Shown here: positions 40,950 through 59,221 of the stretch, piece by piece
How the letters are laid out: every line of letters begins with the position of its first letter
Position numbering within the stretch: the first letter of the stretch is position 1
Assembly: GCA_964016885.1 (NCBI GenBank)
Contig: CAXHJY010000641.1
Coordinates: 25,398 to 89,397 of the forward strand
Direction of reading: 5' to 3'
Source: Eledone cirrhosa
Lineage: Eukaryota
Length of the DNA: 64,000 nt
Program-made: the position numbers and the translations under genes
The notes under the pieces: generated by a model
What the model was told of the DNA's origin: nothing
Database searches by the model: none
The model's input: the letters and a program-made list of their open reading frames with translations, nothing else

Positions 40950-41069
40950 CACCACCAACTACAAAAACAAAGATGGTTGAACTGCTTTACGTTGAGTACT
41001 CTCTATATTATTACATTGCGATTGACCATACGCAATTGACCAGCTCTATCCAGAGGTGAACATCAAACC

Positions 41070-41102
<33 letters not shown>

Positions 41103-41105
<3 letters not shown>

Positions 41106-41298
41106 AACGAGTAGGACCCCGACGGCTGAGCTCAAGCCGTTTCGACGGCTAATTCTGGACGCGTCCACAATTAGCCGTCGAAACGGCTTGAGCTCAGCCG
41201 TCGGGGTCCTACTCGTTCCTATTACCCACTCTACTACCCTAAGTATTGAGTACTTTGGTGCGTTATGGTCCACCTGGTTCCTTACCGCATTTCCTTCG

Positions 41299-41300
<2 letters not shown>
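41103..41300 (+). mobile_element. Family B element (cleanest copy)
   Basis: Palindrome ~41101-41222 with axis GGACGCGTCC; 3' half-hammerhead GAAA-CGGCT-TGAGCTC-AGCCG-TC. Confidence 0.82.
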
Positions 41301-41354
<54 letters not shown>

Positions 41355-41408
41355 TTTCTGGATTTGTTTAGCAAGATTCTTTATCTGAAATCGTGTGTTG
41401 AAACCGAT

Positions 41409-41665
41409 ATTGTTATACTTTGGGAGGGTCATGTTGCCAATAAGAAACACACGCACCAGTTGCTTTCACTCCAATTTATTATAAATAAAATTTATTATAA
41501 ATAAAATTTATAAATTTAAGAATTTATAAATTTCCGGTTGGTTGGTTGGTTCCACAACCGGACGGTTGTTCATATATTGTCAAAGTTCTTTCGTCACACA
41601 TTCTGTGACCTCTTCAGTGACGGGATTCTTTTCTTTGTTTTGTGCCTCTCCTTTGTTCTGTCCCT
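41409..41665 (-). mobile_element. Family C element with hammerhead (41578-41621)
   Basis: Reverse complement of 50909-51148. Confidence 0.8.
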
Positions 41666-41702
41666 ATATATATATATATATAGGGACTGTATATCGTCAT
41701 TA

Positions 41703-41832
41703 CCACAACAGAGGTCCGATGAGCGTTTGATTCCAGGGTCGGGCTAGATCGATACAGATCGAACCTTGAGCTGATCAATAGAGAAACGTCTCTACTCAAT
41801 AAACATAATGAAGACTTAACAAATCGTCCTTT
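41703..41832 (+). mobile_element. Family F element, decayed hammerhead
   Basis: CCGATGA-GC...GATCGATACAGATCG...GATCAATAG-AGAAACGTC; homologous to 35995-36123. Confidence 0.7.
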
Positions 41833-41833
41833 T

Positions 41834-41910
<77 letters not shown>

Positions 41911-42289
41911 CTTGTATCTTGTGCCACAGTTTGAGATCGGTGTGGAAGTCAGACCTTCGTAAAGACCTGAAGATCCGTCTCTCCGTTGCTGTAGATCTAT
42001 ATGATATACATACCAACACACACACATATATATCCTAGAAACGATCGTAAAATGATGAATTTTTTAATATAAGGAACTGTTTCTTTGTTTTTATTCATTA
42101 TTTTTATTAATTTATCTTGACTCTGTTTTCCTGTATTTTTCATCGGAAAAAAAAAAATTTTTTTTTTTTTAATACATCTCTTTTCATGATATTCGGATTA
42201 CATTGAGTTCTTCATACGGATTGGACACTACCGTACATTTTGGTAGATTTATCTACATATCTATATATATATTTATATATATATATATA

Positions 42290-42655
42290 ACTTTGATAAC
42301 TCGGAATGGTTTTGGCCAGTATTGGCCCAGGCCATGTGTAACTTAATAGCACCACCTGGCGAAGTCTTACAGATCAGTGTTTGGGTACCATGGCCCACTC
42401 GAGCAGAGAGTTATTGTTTACGGAGGCATATCCGAGTGTAGGAGGCTTATCCGGGATTTCTTGAAGGAATTTATCCAAAGACTTCTTGAACTTGATGGGG
42501 TCTGTCTCTGCTTTGATGTGTTTTGGTGTAATGTTAAAGAGTGCAGGGCCAATTGAGGTGAAATAATTGTGCCGTATTGTTGTTATGTGATGCGAGTGGG
42601 ATTTTTGTCGTGGGCGGATAGCACGGGGCCCAAGGTTTGTGTGTACACTAAAGGT
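42290..42655 (-). mobile_element. CR1/jockey-group LINE 3' fragment
   Basis: HNYFTSIGPALFNITPKHIKAETDPIKFKKSLDKFLQEIPDKPPTLGYASVNNNSLLEW is a typical non-LTR ORF2 C-terminus. Confidence 0.75.
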
Positions 42656-42666
42656 GATGATGATGA

Positions 42667-42716
<50 letters not shown>

Positions 42717-42991
42717 AAAATTAAAATTAAGGGTTGTCATGTCTGAGAGACATGCGCCATATCCACTGTAGAATAAGCTCAAAGATTAGATCCGAGCATT
42801 ACATATCAACTAGAAATAGATTGACATATATATATATATAAAATAAACATATGAAACAATCACAGGGAATAATTTGTAAAGAATGTAAGCACACATAACT
42901 AGGTAGGTAACTAATTAAAGTTTAACTAAAACTTCAAATATGATACCTTTTAAAATGATTAATATATATATATAGACGGAATTACTTCATT

Positions 42992-43026
<35 letters not shown>

Positions 43027-43261
43027 GGATTTAAATGGATACAGTTCAGTTAAAAGGAATTTATTGACACGTGTTTCAATAACAGTTACATAACCTGAAA
43101 TGTGTAATATTCATATTACAACACTACGGAAAATACTATATATATATATATTATTATTATTATTATATTTAAAAGTTAAACAAGGTTCAATGAATACATC
43201 AAAGAATGAGTTTTACAATAGATTGGAAGCATTCAACAGGAAGGTTTTCCAGAGTTATTAA

Positions 43262-43402
43262 TATTAATTCAAAATATTAACAAAATAGATATTCTTGTGA
43301 TCAAGTATATTTTATTATACATATTATAATATTTTAATATTATAATATTATACATAATATGTATAATAAAATATACTTGATCACAAGAATATCTATTTTG
43401 AA

Positions 43403-43410
<8 letters not shown>
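43262..43410. repeat. AT-rich inverted repeat at the end of an element also seen at 37000-37148
   Basis: AAAATAGATATTCTTGTGATCAAGTATA / TATACTTGATCACAAGAATATCTATTTT; shares TAGATTGGAAGCA(C/T)TCAAC with 37055. Confidence 0.7.
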
Positions 43411-43471
<61 letters not shown>

Positions 43472-43473
43472 AA

Positions 43474-43850
43474 AGTTCTATTTAAATTGTTGGGATACAA
43501 CAAGTAAATATTTTTATAACTGATATAAAGCACTCAACAAGTATTTGGAGTAGATATACGATATTAATAAATGGAAACTATATTTATAAAACCATATTTA
43601 TTTCATTATACATATTTCAGGGATACCATATTAAATTATGGTATGCCTTCATCAGACACAATTCACAATTCAGACACAGCCTCCGAAAGTAATGGTTGTA
43701 TTTTAAAAGGGTACATCAAAGCTATTTATAAAACTGTTATATATTGTATTTTGTCTGATGAAGGCATACCATAATTTAATATGGTATCCCTGAAATATGT
43801 ATAATGAAATAAATATGGTTTTATAAATATAGTTTCCATTTATTAATATC

Positions 43851-43851
<1 letters not shown>
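43474..43851. mobile_element. Family D inverted pair carrying two intact hammerheads
   Basis: Plus: ATTTTGT-CTGATGA-AGGCATACCATA..TATGGTATCCCT-GAAA-TATGTA-TA-ATGAAAT (43748-43810); mirror copy on the minus strand ~43600-43660. Confidence 0.82.
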
Positions 43852-43932
<81 letters not shown>

Positions 43933-43944
43933 TTATCCGGGAGC

Positions 43945-44201
43945 TTCCAACAGAAATGGTCACATTCTTTAAGGGTATGTCAATATTTATTTATAAAACT
44001 GATCTATATTATATTTTATCTGATGAAAGCACACCATAATTTAACTTGATGTCCTTGAAATATATATAATGAAATAAATATGGTTTTATAAATATAGTTT
44101 CCATTTGTTAATATCGTATTTTTACTCCAATTATTTGTTGAGTGCTTTATATCAGTTATAAAAATATTTGCTTGTTGTATCCCAACAAATTAAATAGAAC
44201 T

Positions 44202-44205
<4 letters not shown>
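43945..44205 (+). mobile_element. Family D element with hammerhead core at 44020-44068
   Basis: CTGATGA...GAAA-TATATA-TA-ATGAAAT; stem II degraded. Confidence 0.75.
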
Positions 44206-44282
<77 letters not shown>

Positions 44283-44497
44283 TACACAATTATCAAAGTT
44301 ATGTTCAAATCATTTAATTGCTGACAATCGTTTCTTTCATAATTGCGTAATTTATATTCCTGCTCTGTAAAACACCTGATGTTCTTATGTTGAGCTATTT
44401 CTCTTACTGGTAATAAGGTAGTAATACATTACTGACCTTACCTGTTTATAATTATATATAGTGTATATATTAGTATAAATAGTATCATTATTATTTA

Positions 44498-45310
44498 GGA
44501 TTGGCAGTATCGGTAGAGAGTCGGACGCCATGCTTTCCAGCATAGTTACGTCCCTTTACGATCTGAGTTCAAAACCTGCCGAGGTTGACTTTGCCTTTCA
44601 TCCTTACGGGGTCGATAAAATAAAGTACCAGTAATGTACTGGAGTAATTGCTGGCCTTGTGCCTAAAGTAGAAATAATTATTATTTAGGATTGGCAGTAT
44701 TGGTAGAGGGTTAGACGCCATGCTTTGACGCATAGAGTTACGGCCCTTGCCATTCTGAGTTCAAATCCCGCCGAGGTTGACTTTGCCTTTCATCCTTTCG
44801 GGGTCGATAAAATAAAGTACCAGTAATGCACTGGGATAATTGCTGGCCTTGTGCCTAACGTAGAAACAATTATTTTCAATGTGCTGTGGATTGGCAGTAT
44901 CGGTAGAGGGTCGGACGCCATGCTTTGACGCATAGAGTTACGGCCTCTTGCCATTCTGAGTTCAAATCCCGCCGAGGTTGACTTTGCCTTTCATCCTTTC
45001 GGGGTCGATAAACTAAAGTACCAGTAATGCACTGGGTAATTTGCTGGCCTTGTGCCAAATGTAAAAACAATTATTATTTTTTCTTGGTGTTACTGCATCA
45101 CAAATAATATGATATATCATTGTACAAAGACTTATGGTTACAGTGTCCTCGTAGTGAAACTAGGAAGACATGCAATGGCTTGTGACCATGCAGAATGGAG
45201 ATTTTTGTTGTTGCCTAACGATGTGCTGGGAACATGCATAAAATAAAGTACCAGTAATACACTGGGTAATTGCTGGCCTTGTGCCTAAAGTAGAAATAAT
45301 AATTATTATT
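44498..45310 (+). mobile_element. Head-to-tail cluster of SINE family 1 (3 full copies and 1 tail)
   Basis: 44498-44683, 44688-44873, 44886-45078, 45238-45310. Confidence 0.9.
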
Positions 45311-45334
45311 ATATATATATACATATATATATAC

Positions 45335-45373
<39 letters not shown>

Positions 45374-45386
45374 TACACACATATAT

Positions 45387-45473
<87 letters not shown>

Positions 45474-45476
<3 letters not shown>

Positions 45477-45578
45477 CCGTCGGGGTCTTATTTGTTCCTA
45501 TTACCCACTCTACTACCCCAAGTATTGAGTACTTTGGTGCGTTATGGTCCAACTGGTTCCTTACCACATTTCCTTCGT

Positions 45579-45579
<1 letters not shown>
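45474..45579 (+). mobile_element. Family B 3' portion
   Basis: CAGCCGTCGGGGTC...CATTTCCTTCGTTA. Confidence 0.8.
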
Positions 45580-49745
<4,166 letters not shown>

Positions 49746-49834
49746 TAACGAAGGAAATGTGGTAAGGAACCAGATGGACCATAACGCACCAAAGTACTCA
49801 ATACTTAGGGTAGTAGAGTGTTATTATATATATA

Positions 49835-50012
49835 TTATGTCTCTCCACCACTCCCCTAACACCCTTTGAACTTTCTTCCCACACACTTTTCACCTGAAGA
49901 AGGGCTTATGCCCGAAACGTCGTTCCCCACCACCACCGCACTCTCAAGAGCTTGAAATTAATAAACATTCGTTGTACTGCCTCTCGGTCTTGTTCCTGTT
50001 CAAATTTTCCAT
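49835..50012 (+). mobile_element. Family E Penelope-type fragment with hammerhead core
   Basis: CTGAAGAAGGGCTTATGCCCGAAACGTC at 49894-49921. Confidence 0.8.
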
Positions 50013-50071
<59 letters not shown>

Positions 50072-50259
50072 TGTATATATATTCATAGGTTGTTGAAAGA
50101 TCACGTAAGCGAACATGTTGATATTCGGTATTTCATTTAATAATCAAGCTTACACGTGTTTCGGTACAACAGTAATCGCCTACGAAATCTGATGATGTCT
50201 TACGTAATAGATTACTTCCTGCTGCGTCGAATATATTACTGTAGTCAACTACTGAGGAT

Positions 50260-50506
50260 CGATTTCAGTCTTTCTACGTCTATGGACGTATATAAAAGAA
50301 CGATCGACTTTCGTCAAATCGGACCGAGGAAACAATGTTTCCGTTGGTCTTTCCAATTGCTAATACTATCTATCGGTCGCAACTCCAGAAGGAGCAACGT
50401 GAAATAAAGTGTCTTGCTCAAGAACATAACGCATCGCCTGGTCCAGGAATCGAACTCACAACCTTACGATTGTGAATCCAATTCTCTAACCACTCAGCCA
50501 CATGCC
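50260..50506 (-). mobile_element. tRNA-derived SINE, family 2 (CORE-like segment), extending into a hammerhead-like tail
   Basis: A-box TGGCTGAGTGG, B-box GAGTTCGATTCC, then TTGAGCAAGACACTT. Confidence 0.85.
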
Positions 50507-50516
50507 TTCACTGGAC

Positions 50517-50745
<229 letters not shown>

Positions 50746-50908
50746 AATAATAATAAATTTTGAAGACTAAAATCCAATAAGGCTCGATAAGGATAAATAT
50801 ATAAGAACCGTAGAGCAAATATTTATTAAAATAACAGATTAAAGTTTAAGCAAAGAATCGCTGCTTGCACCCTTAACGGGATCTTAAGGATTCAGAAACA
50901 AGATGGCG

Positions 50909-51148
50909 TAGGACAGAACAAAGGAGAGGCACAAAAACAAAGAAAAGAATCCTCAGTCACTGAAGAGGTCACAGAATGTGTGACGAAAGAACTTTGACAA
51001 TATATAAACAACCATCTGGTTGTGGAACCAACCAACCAACCGGAAATTTATAAATTCCTAAATTTATAAATTTATTATAATAAATTGAAGTGAAAGCAAC
51101 TGGTGCGTGTGTTTCTTATTGGCAACATGACCCTCCCAAAGTATAACT
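50909..51148 (+). mobile_element. Family C element with hammerhead (50956-50998)
   Basis: GTCA-CTGAAGA-G-GTCACA-GAATG-TGTGAC-GAAA-GAAC-TT-TGAC. Confidence 0.8.
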
Positions 51149-51157
51149 ATATATATA

Positions 51158-51370
51158 GGCGTGTGGCTGAGTGGTTAGAGAATTGGATTCGCAATCGTAA
51201 GGTTGTGAGTTCGATTCCTGGACCTGGCGATGCGTTATGTCCTTGAGCAAGACACTTTATTTCACGTTGCTCCTTCTACCTGGAGTTGCGACCGATAGAT
51301 AGTATTAGCAATTGGAAAGACCAACGGAAACATTGTTCCCTCGGTCCGATTTGACGAAAGTCGATCGTTC
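51158..51370 (+). mobile_element. tRNA-derived SINE, family 2
   Basis: Inverted near-copy of 50298-50506. Confidence 0.85.
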
Positions 51371-51394
51371 CTAAAATATATATATATATATGGA

Positions 51395-51612
51395 AAGTTA
51401 TATTTAAAATTGTTGGGTTACAACTAGTAAATATTTATAACTGATATAAAAGCACTCGACAAATATTTGGAGTATATTTACAATATTAAATAAATGGAAA
51501 CTATATTTATAAAACCATATTTATTTCATTATATATATTTCAGGGATATCATATTAACAATATGCTATGCCTTCCTCAGACAAAATACAATATAAACAGT
51601 TTTATAGATAAA
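51395..51612 (-). mobile_element. Family D element with hammerhead (51523-51587)
   Basis: Reverse complement ATTTTGT-CTGAGGA-AGGCATAGCATATT..AATATGATATCCCT-GAAA-TATATA-TA-ATGAAAT. Confidence 0.78.
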
Positions 51613-51671
51613 TAGATTCGACATACCGTAACAACATCGACTTGCATTTGAAATTCCTTAAAAGGTTTATT

Positions 51672-51729
51672 ATACTATGATCATTTCAGTGACCCGGTTC
51701 AGTATGAATCCGGTGACATCATCAGGTAT
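51672..51729 (-). ncRNA. Type-I hammerhead ribozyme motif (family I)
   Basis: Reverse complement ATAC-CTGATGA-TGTCACCGGATTCA-TAC-TGAACCGGGTCACT-GAAA-TGATCA-TA-GTAT. Confidence 0.75.
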
Positions 51730-51847
51730 TCGAAATATAACAAAGGAATATAACAGACAAAATCCATGGGGCTTAAAGTCAGAGACATGTGTTTGTATGT
51801 TTGCGTGTGTGTGTCTGCATATAAAAAATATATATATATATATATCA

Positions 51848-52393
51848 GGCCACTTTTCAGCGTTACTGGTAACATGTAACCCAGTACAACCTGTACATGG
51901 TCGGGTTATCGGCGACGAAACTGGCAACCCCTCCAAGCTAGCTTGGTGAGGAGGGTGAATTTGGACACCCTGGGGGATGAAATACAAGAACCGTCACAGG
52001 GCGGAACAACTCAGGAGAGTGAACAGCCAGCCAATAAGGTTTTCATTTTATGTTTGTGGAGTAAGAGACCCCCTAGTGTTCATTAAGACAGCTCTCTAAG
52101 AAAAGGTCACTCTGATATAAAACCTGTGATTTCGTTTACATCCAATGATGTAGACCAGTTCTTATTTTGGGGGTAAATACATCTGATGTTGAGAGAGTGG
52201 GATTGACCCCGTGCAAAGCCTTTCCCCACTGAAAAAAGCTTAAAGTACAGTCATTACTTAATATGTGACATATATTGCGTTGCATGGTATTGCTGGCCAT
52301 GGGCAAGTCCCTAGCAACACTAAAAAGCCACGTCTGTTATAGTCATGCTTAAGTATTAAGCGATGGCATTACTCGAAATCGAGTTGCAGCCAT
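51848..52393 (+). mobile_element. Family H element (second copy)
   Basis: Homologous to 36178-36782. Confidence 0.75.
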
Positions 52394-52689
52394 CATATAT
52401 ATATATAATTCATTTCATTTATTGATTTATTGATAATTTATCTGAGTGTCCCGAATCTTCCATGTCGAACTTTTCGGTTATTTGGTTGATTGTAGACATA
52501 TTCTACGTGTGACGGTATTTTAACGATAGTTATAGCTCTAATTTATTTGAATTATAGAGCCCTCTGCCGCTCATCTCGAATTTTGTTTATCGTGAACTCG
52601 TGCGCCGATTTTTCGATACTCGATTATTCTACTATATATATATATATATGTATGTATGTATGTGTGTGTGTGTGTGTTAATGTAACTAA

Positions 52690-54925
52690 GCTATCGAATA
52701 GGAGAAAATAACCGTATCCAACTGTTCTGGTTGGATCCCGAATGAGAACCGCCAAGCTCATACGTGTTATCCAACCATCTTGCTTGGTGTCTACCCTTGG
52801 GTCTCCTATCGTTTGGATTCGACTGTAAAATCTGTCCAGAGATTCTTTCCTGAGAGATTCTAACCACATGTCTGTAGTATCACAGCTGTAATCTCTCAAT
52901 TCAGAGATTCTTTCCTGAGACATTCTAACCACATGTCTGTAGTATCGGAGCTGTGGTCTCTCAATTCGGAGATTCTTTCCTGAGACATTCTAACCACATG
53001 TCTATAGTATCAGAGCTGTGATCTCTCAATTCAGAGATTCTTTCCTGAGACATTCTAACCACATATCCATAGTATCAGAGCTGAGGTCTCTCAATTCAGA
53101 GATTCTTTCCTGAGACATTCTAACCACATGTCCATAGTATCAGAGCTGTGGTCTCTCAATTCAGAGATTCTTTCCTGAGACATTCTAACCACATGTCCAT
53201 AGTATCAGAGCTGTGGTCTCTCAATTCAGAGATTCTTTCCTGAGACATTCTAACCACATATCCATAGTATCAGAGCTGTGGTCTCTCAATTCAGAGATTC
53301 TTTCCTGAGACATTCTAACCACATGTCTGTAGTATCAGAGCTGTGGTCTCTCAATTCAGAGATTCTTTCCTCAGCCATTCTAACCACATGTCCATAGTAT
53401 CAGAGCTGTGGTCTCTCAATTCAGAGATTCTTTCCTGAGACATTCTAACCACATGTCCATAGTATCAGAGCTGTGGTCTCTCAATTCAGAGATTCTTTCC
53501 TGATACATTCTAACCACATGTCCATAGTATCAGAGCTGTGGTCTCTCAATTCAGAGATTCTTTCCTGAGACATTCTAACCACATATCCATAGTATCAGAG
53601 CTGTGGTCTCTCAATTCAGAGATTCTTTCCTGAGACATTCTAACCACATATCCATAGTATCAGAGCTGTGGTCTCTCAATTCAGAGATTCTTTCCTGAGA
53701 CATTCTAACCACATGTCCATAGTATCAGAGCTGTGATCTCTCAATCCAGATATTCTTTCCTGAGACATTCTAACCACATGTCCATAGTATCAGAGCTGTG
53801 GTCTCTCAATTCAGAGATTCTTTCCTCAGACATTCTAACCACATGTCCATAGTATCAGAGCTGTGGTCTCTCAATTCAGAGATTCTTTCCTCAGACATTC
53901 TAACCACATGTCTGTAGTATCAGCGCTGAGGTCTCTCAATTCAGAGATTCTTTCCTGAGACATTCTAACCACATGTCCATAGTATCAGAGCTGTGGTCTC
54001 TCAATTCAGAGATTCTTTCCTGAGACATTCTAACCACATGTCCATAGTCTCAGAGCTGTGATCTCTCAATTCAGAGATTCTTTCCTCAGACATTCTAACC
54101 ACATGTCTGTAGTATCAGAGCTGAGGTCTCTCAATTCAGAGATTCTTTCCTGAGACATTCTAACCACATGTCCATAGTATCAGAGCTGTGGTCTCTCAAT
54201 TCAGAGATTCTTTCCTGAGACATTCTAACCACATGTCCATAGTATCGGAGCTGTGGTCTCTCAATTCAGAGATTCTTTCCTCAGACATTCTAACCACATG
54301 TCCATAGTATCAGAGCTGTGATCTCTCAATTCAGAGATTCTTTCCTGAGACATTCTAACCACATGTCTGTAGTATCGGAGCTGTGATCTCTCAATTCAGA
54401 GATTCTTTCCTGAGACATTCTAACCACATGTCCATAGTATCAGAGCTGTGGTCTCTCAATTCAGAGATTCTTTCCTGAGACATTCTAACCACATGTCCAT
54501 AGTATCAGAGCTGTGATCTCTCAATTCAGAGATTCTTTCCCGAGACATTCTAACCACATGTCTATAGTATCAGAGCTGTGGTCTCTCAATTCAGAGATTC
54601 TTTCCTGAGACATTCTAACCACATGTCCATAGTATCAGAGCTGTGGTCTCTCAATTCAGAGATTCTTTCCTGAGACATTCTAACCACATGTCCATAGTAT
54701 CAGAGCTGTGATCTCTCAATTCAGAGATTCTTTCCTGAGACATTCTAACCACATGTCCATAGTATCAGAGCTGTGATATCTCAATTCGGAGAAGTAGCAG
54801 CTCTACCTGGAGTGACTCTCTGATCTCCTAGCTACGCATTTTATCGGGTAACGTTACTCCTTAAACCCTTCGGAGGAAACCCATTTCAGCCGCTTGTATT
54901 CGCGATTGTATTCTTTCGGTCATTA
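52690..54925 (-). mobile_element. RTE-clade LINE relic interrupted by an internal satellite
   Basis: MTERIQSRIQAAEMGFLRRV*GVTLPDKMRS*EIRESLQVELLLLRIE, then the array, then SQERISGQILQSNPNDRRPKGRHQARWLD. Confidence 0.85.
52839..54790. repeat. 65-bp tandem array, ~30 copies
   Basis: Unit GAGATTCTTTCCTGAGACATTCTAACCACATGTCCATAGTATCAGAGCTGTGGTCTCTCAATTCA. Confidence 0.96.
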
Positions 54926-54964
54926 CCGTGTAATGGAAGTCCTTAATAGATGTGAGTGGATATA

Positions 54965-55007
<43 letters not shown>

Positions 55008-56012
55008 GCGTGTGCGTGTGTGTGTATGTATGCATGTGTGTATGTGTATATATGTGTGTCAGTGTATGTATGTGTATGTGTGTATATATGTGTATGGATG
55101 TATGTATGTGTGTATGTGTATTTATGTATATATGTGTGTATCTATGATTGTATGTATGTATGTATGTATGTATCTAAGTATGTGCATGTATGTATGTATG
55201 TATCTAAGTATGTGTATGTATGTATGACATAATGTGTATGTATGTATGTATCTATGTGTGTATGTATGAATGCGTGTGTCTGTACGTATAAGTGTCAGCG
55301 TTTCTGTCTGAGTTTATGTATGTGTGTATATGTGCGTATGTAAGAATGTGTGTGTGTATGTGCGTATGTAAGAATGTGTCTGTGTGTATGTGTGTCTGTG
55401 TGTGTGTATGCTGTGTAGAATTATGACAAACCGAACACACAGACATAGCGAAAATCCGGAAGTTGGCGAGAATTCAGTCTTTCTGGTACATACATATATA
55501 CATATATACATATACACATATATATATATACACTTAGATGTATATATATATATACACACACACATATATATATAGTTGTATATACATACATACATGGATA
55601 CATACATACATATATAACGATATAAATATATTTATGGTTGTACATACATACGTACGTAAATATAGATACATACATACATACTTATATACATACATACATA
55701 CATACTTATATACATACATACATATATACATATATACATACATACATACTTATATACATACATACATACTTATATACATACATACATACATACATACATA
55801 CATACATACATACATACATACATACTTATATACATACATACATACATACATACATACATACATACATACATACATAGATACACATACATACATACATACA
55901 TACATACATAGGTACATACATACATACATACATACATACATACATACATACATACATACATACATACATACACACTCACATAACTACACGCATGCACTCA
56001 ATTACACACACA

Positions 56013-56060
<48 letters not shown>

Positions 56061-56329
56061 CACACAATCACACACACACCGCACACAGAATCACACACTC
56101 ACATACACACATTTACACACACACACATCTATCCATTGATGTCTTTAGACTTCCATATTTTTACTAACACCTACCACGTGCCCATGACAGCGCCACGTAG
56201 TGGTTGTCGTAAATGCTAGAAAGAGAAGTCACATTTCTGCACAATATATATATATATATATATATATGCGTATATATGCGTTCATATGAATATACATGCA
56301 TACATAAACATACATATATACACGTACAT

Positions 56330-56418
<89 letters not shown>

Positions 56419-56460
56419 GATACATATATACATACATGCATGCATACATATATACTTGCA

Positions 56461-56514
<54 letters not shown>

Positions 56515-56641
56515 CATACATACAAATGTATATACATGTATACACACACTTGTAATCTGTCATGCCAGCATTCATAATTACATTTACAGGGTATATATAT
56601 GTATATATACATACATATATATATATATATACATATATATG

Positions 56642-56720
<79 letters not shown>

Positions 56721-57104
56721 GTGTGTATACTTGGAGATCAAAAGGGAGATATAGAAAGATAACTATATACATATATATATATATATATATACACATGTAT
56801 ATATACTCAATAATATAAGTATTTTTCCATAAATATATGAACACAAGCTTATACAAACCTATATATATTCACACGCGTTTACATCTACACATACACACAC
56901 GCACACACACATATATCATTATATATTTACACACACACATGCTGACATACTCACACATACATGGTTACACATATTTACACACGCACACACACACACACAC
57001 ATTCTTACACACACATATTTACACACACATATTTACACACACACCTTCCCCTTGGCCGTAGTCCTAGCTGATTATTAAAGTTTCAACTACAATATACACA
57101 TATG

Positions 57105-57156
<52 letters not shown>

Positions 57157-57240
57157 ATGATAGATAGATTGATGGGTAGGTAGATAAATAAATAGATAGA
57201 TAGATAGAATGATAGATAAATGGATAGATAGATAGATATG
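54965..57240. repeat. TG/TACA/TA/GATA microsatellite field
   Basis: Direct reading; (GATA)n at 57105-57238. Confidence 0.9.
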
Positions 57241-57384
57241 GGTATATAATTATTAAGATCTCGTTGAGGATTTAGAACAATGATGAAACACGTGTTAACT
57301 AATATAATGTAATACTTCTTTCTTCAAATCTATTCTTGCCTAGCTTCTCCTAAAGCTCTATTTATGCAAATACACGCATATAGT

Positions 57385-57630
<246 letters not shown>

Positions 57631-57719
57631 TAAACAGAAATAGCAAACAACACAGTACAATGAAGAAATATATGAGTTTAACGCTTGATATAGTAGGAAT
57701 GTACGTGAAAAAACGCGTA

Positions 57720-57917
57720 CTTACATATATATATATATACATATATACATGTATATACATACATGCACACAAGCATACATACATATATATATATATATAC
57801 ATTCACACATACATACGTCCATACATGAACACATACATACACAAACATATATACATACATACATATATATACACATACACATACATATGCGCATACATAC
57901 ATACATACATACATACA

Positions 57918-57949
<32 letters not shown>

Positions 57950-58048
57950 CACATACATATACACATACATATATCCATCCATACATACATATATACATGT
58001 ACACATACATACATACATACATACATACATACACACATACATACATGA

Positions 58049-58079
<31 letters not shown>

Positions 58080-58657
58080 CATACATAAATACACACACAC
58101 ATACATACATACATACATACATACATACATAAATACACACACACACACACATACATACATACATACATACATACATACATACATACATACATAAATACAC
58201 ACACACACACACACATACATACATACATACATACATACATAAATACACACACACATACATACATACGCATACATAAAACACACACACACACATACATACA
58301 TACATAAATACATACATACATACATACATACGTCCATACATACATACGTCCATACATACATACATACATACATACATACATACGTCCATACATACATAAA
58401 TACACACACACATACATACATACATACATACATACATACATACATACATACATACGTACATACGTCCATACATACATACATACATACACACATACATACA
58501 TACATACATACATACATACATACACACGTACATACATACATACATACATACATACATACACACATACATACATACATACATACATACATACATACATACA
58601 TACATACATACATACATACATACATACATACATACATACATACATACATACATACAT

Positions 58658-58688
<31 letters not shown>

Positions 58689-58752
58689 TACATACATACA
58701 TCCATACATACATACATACATACATACATACATACACAGACATACATACAGA
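57720..58752. repeat. (TACA)n array
   Basis: Direct reading. Confidence 0.95.
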
Positions 58753-58789
58753 CAAGCCTTAGGTCTGTTCGTACGTGCATATAAACATA

Positions 58790-58920
58790 GGGACGACAAC
58801 GAGGCTCATGCATATTAGGCCACGCCCAGCGAGTCCAAAGCACGCTTTTGCTGAAACTGATAATACGAGAGACGGGAATATTTGAGTCCAACACTTCCAC
58901 CACCGCCATTTTCTTCACTT
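58790..58920. promoter_or_regulatory. CpG-containing island with KLF/Sp and YY1-type sites
   Basis: GGCCACGCCC 58818-58827; CCGCCATTTT 58903-58912. Confidence 0.35.
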
Positions 58921-58924
58921 CAAT

Positions 58925-59113
58925 ACAAATATATACACACTCACATATATATATACATGTATATATATATATTTATATTTATATATATATATATGTGTGT
59001 GTGTGTATGTTTGTTTGTGTATATATATGCGTGTTTATGTGTGCATATATATATATATATATATGTGTGTGTGTATATGTTTGTTGTGTATATATATGTG
59101 TGTGTATGTGTGC

Positions 59114-59147
<34 letters not shown>

Positions 59148-59187
59148 ATATGTTTGTTTGTGTATATATATGCGTGTGTATGTGTGC

Positions 59188-59221
<34 letters not shown>

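Noticed and set aside
51158-51226. Possible tRNA gene
   Set aside because: A and B boxes are present, but the acceptor stem is not closed and it continues into a SINE body that occurs twice.
57261-57300. Half or degenerate hammerhead traces (also ~43062-43080 minus, ~48835-48875, ~35800-35845)
   Set aside because: The core is incomplete; probably decayed relatives, but not counted.
58790-58918. Minus-strand AAAATGGCG start of MAVVEVLDSNIP... (similarly MAERVIG at 38778)
   Set aside because: No recognisable protein or donor site, and it runs into microsatellite; treated only as a YY1-like motif.
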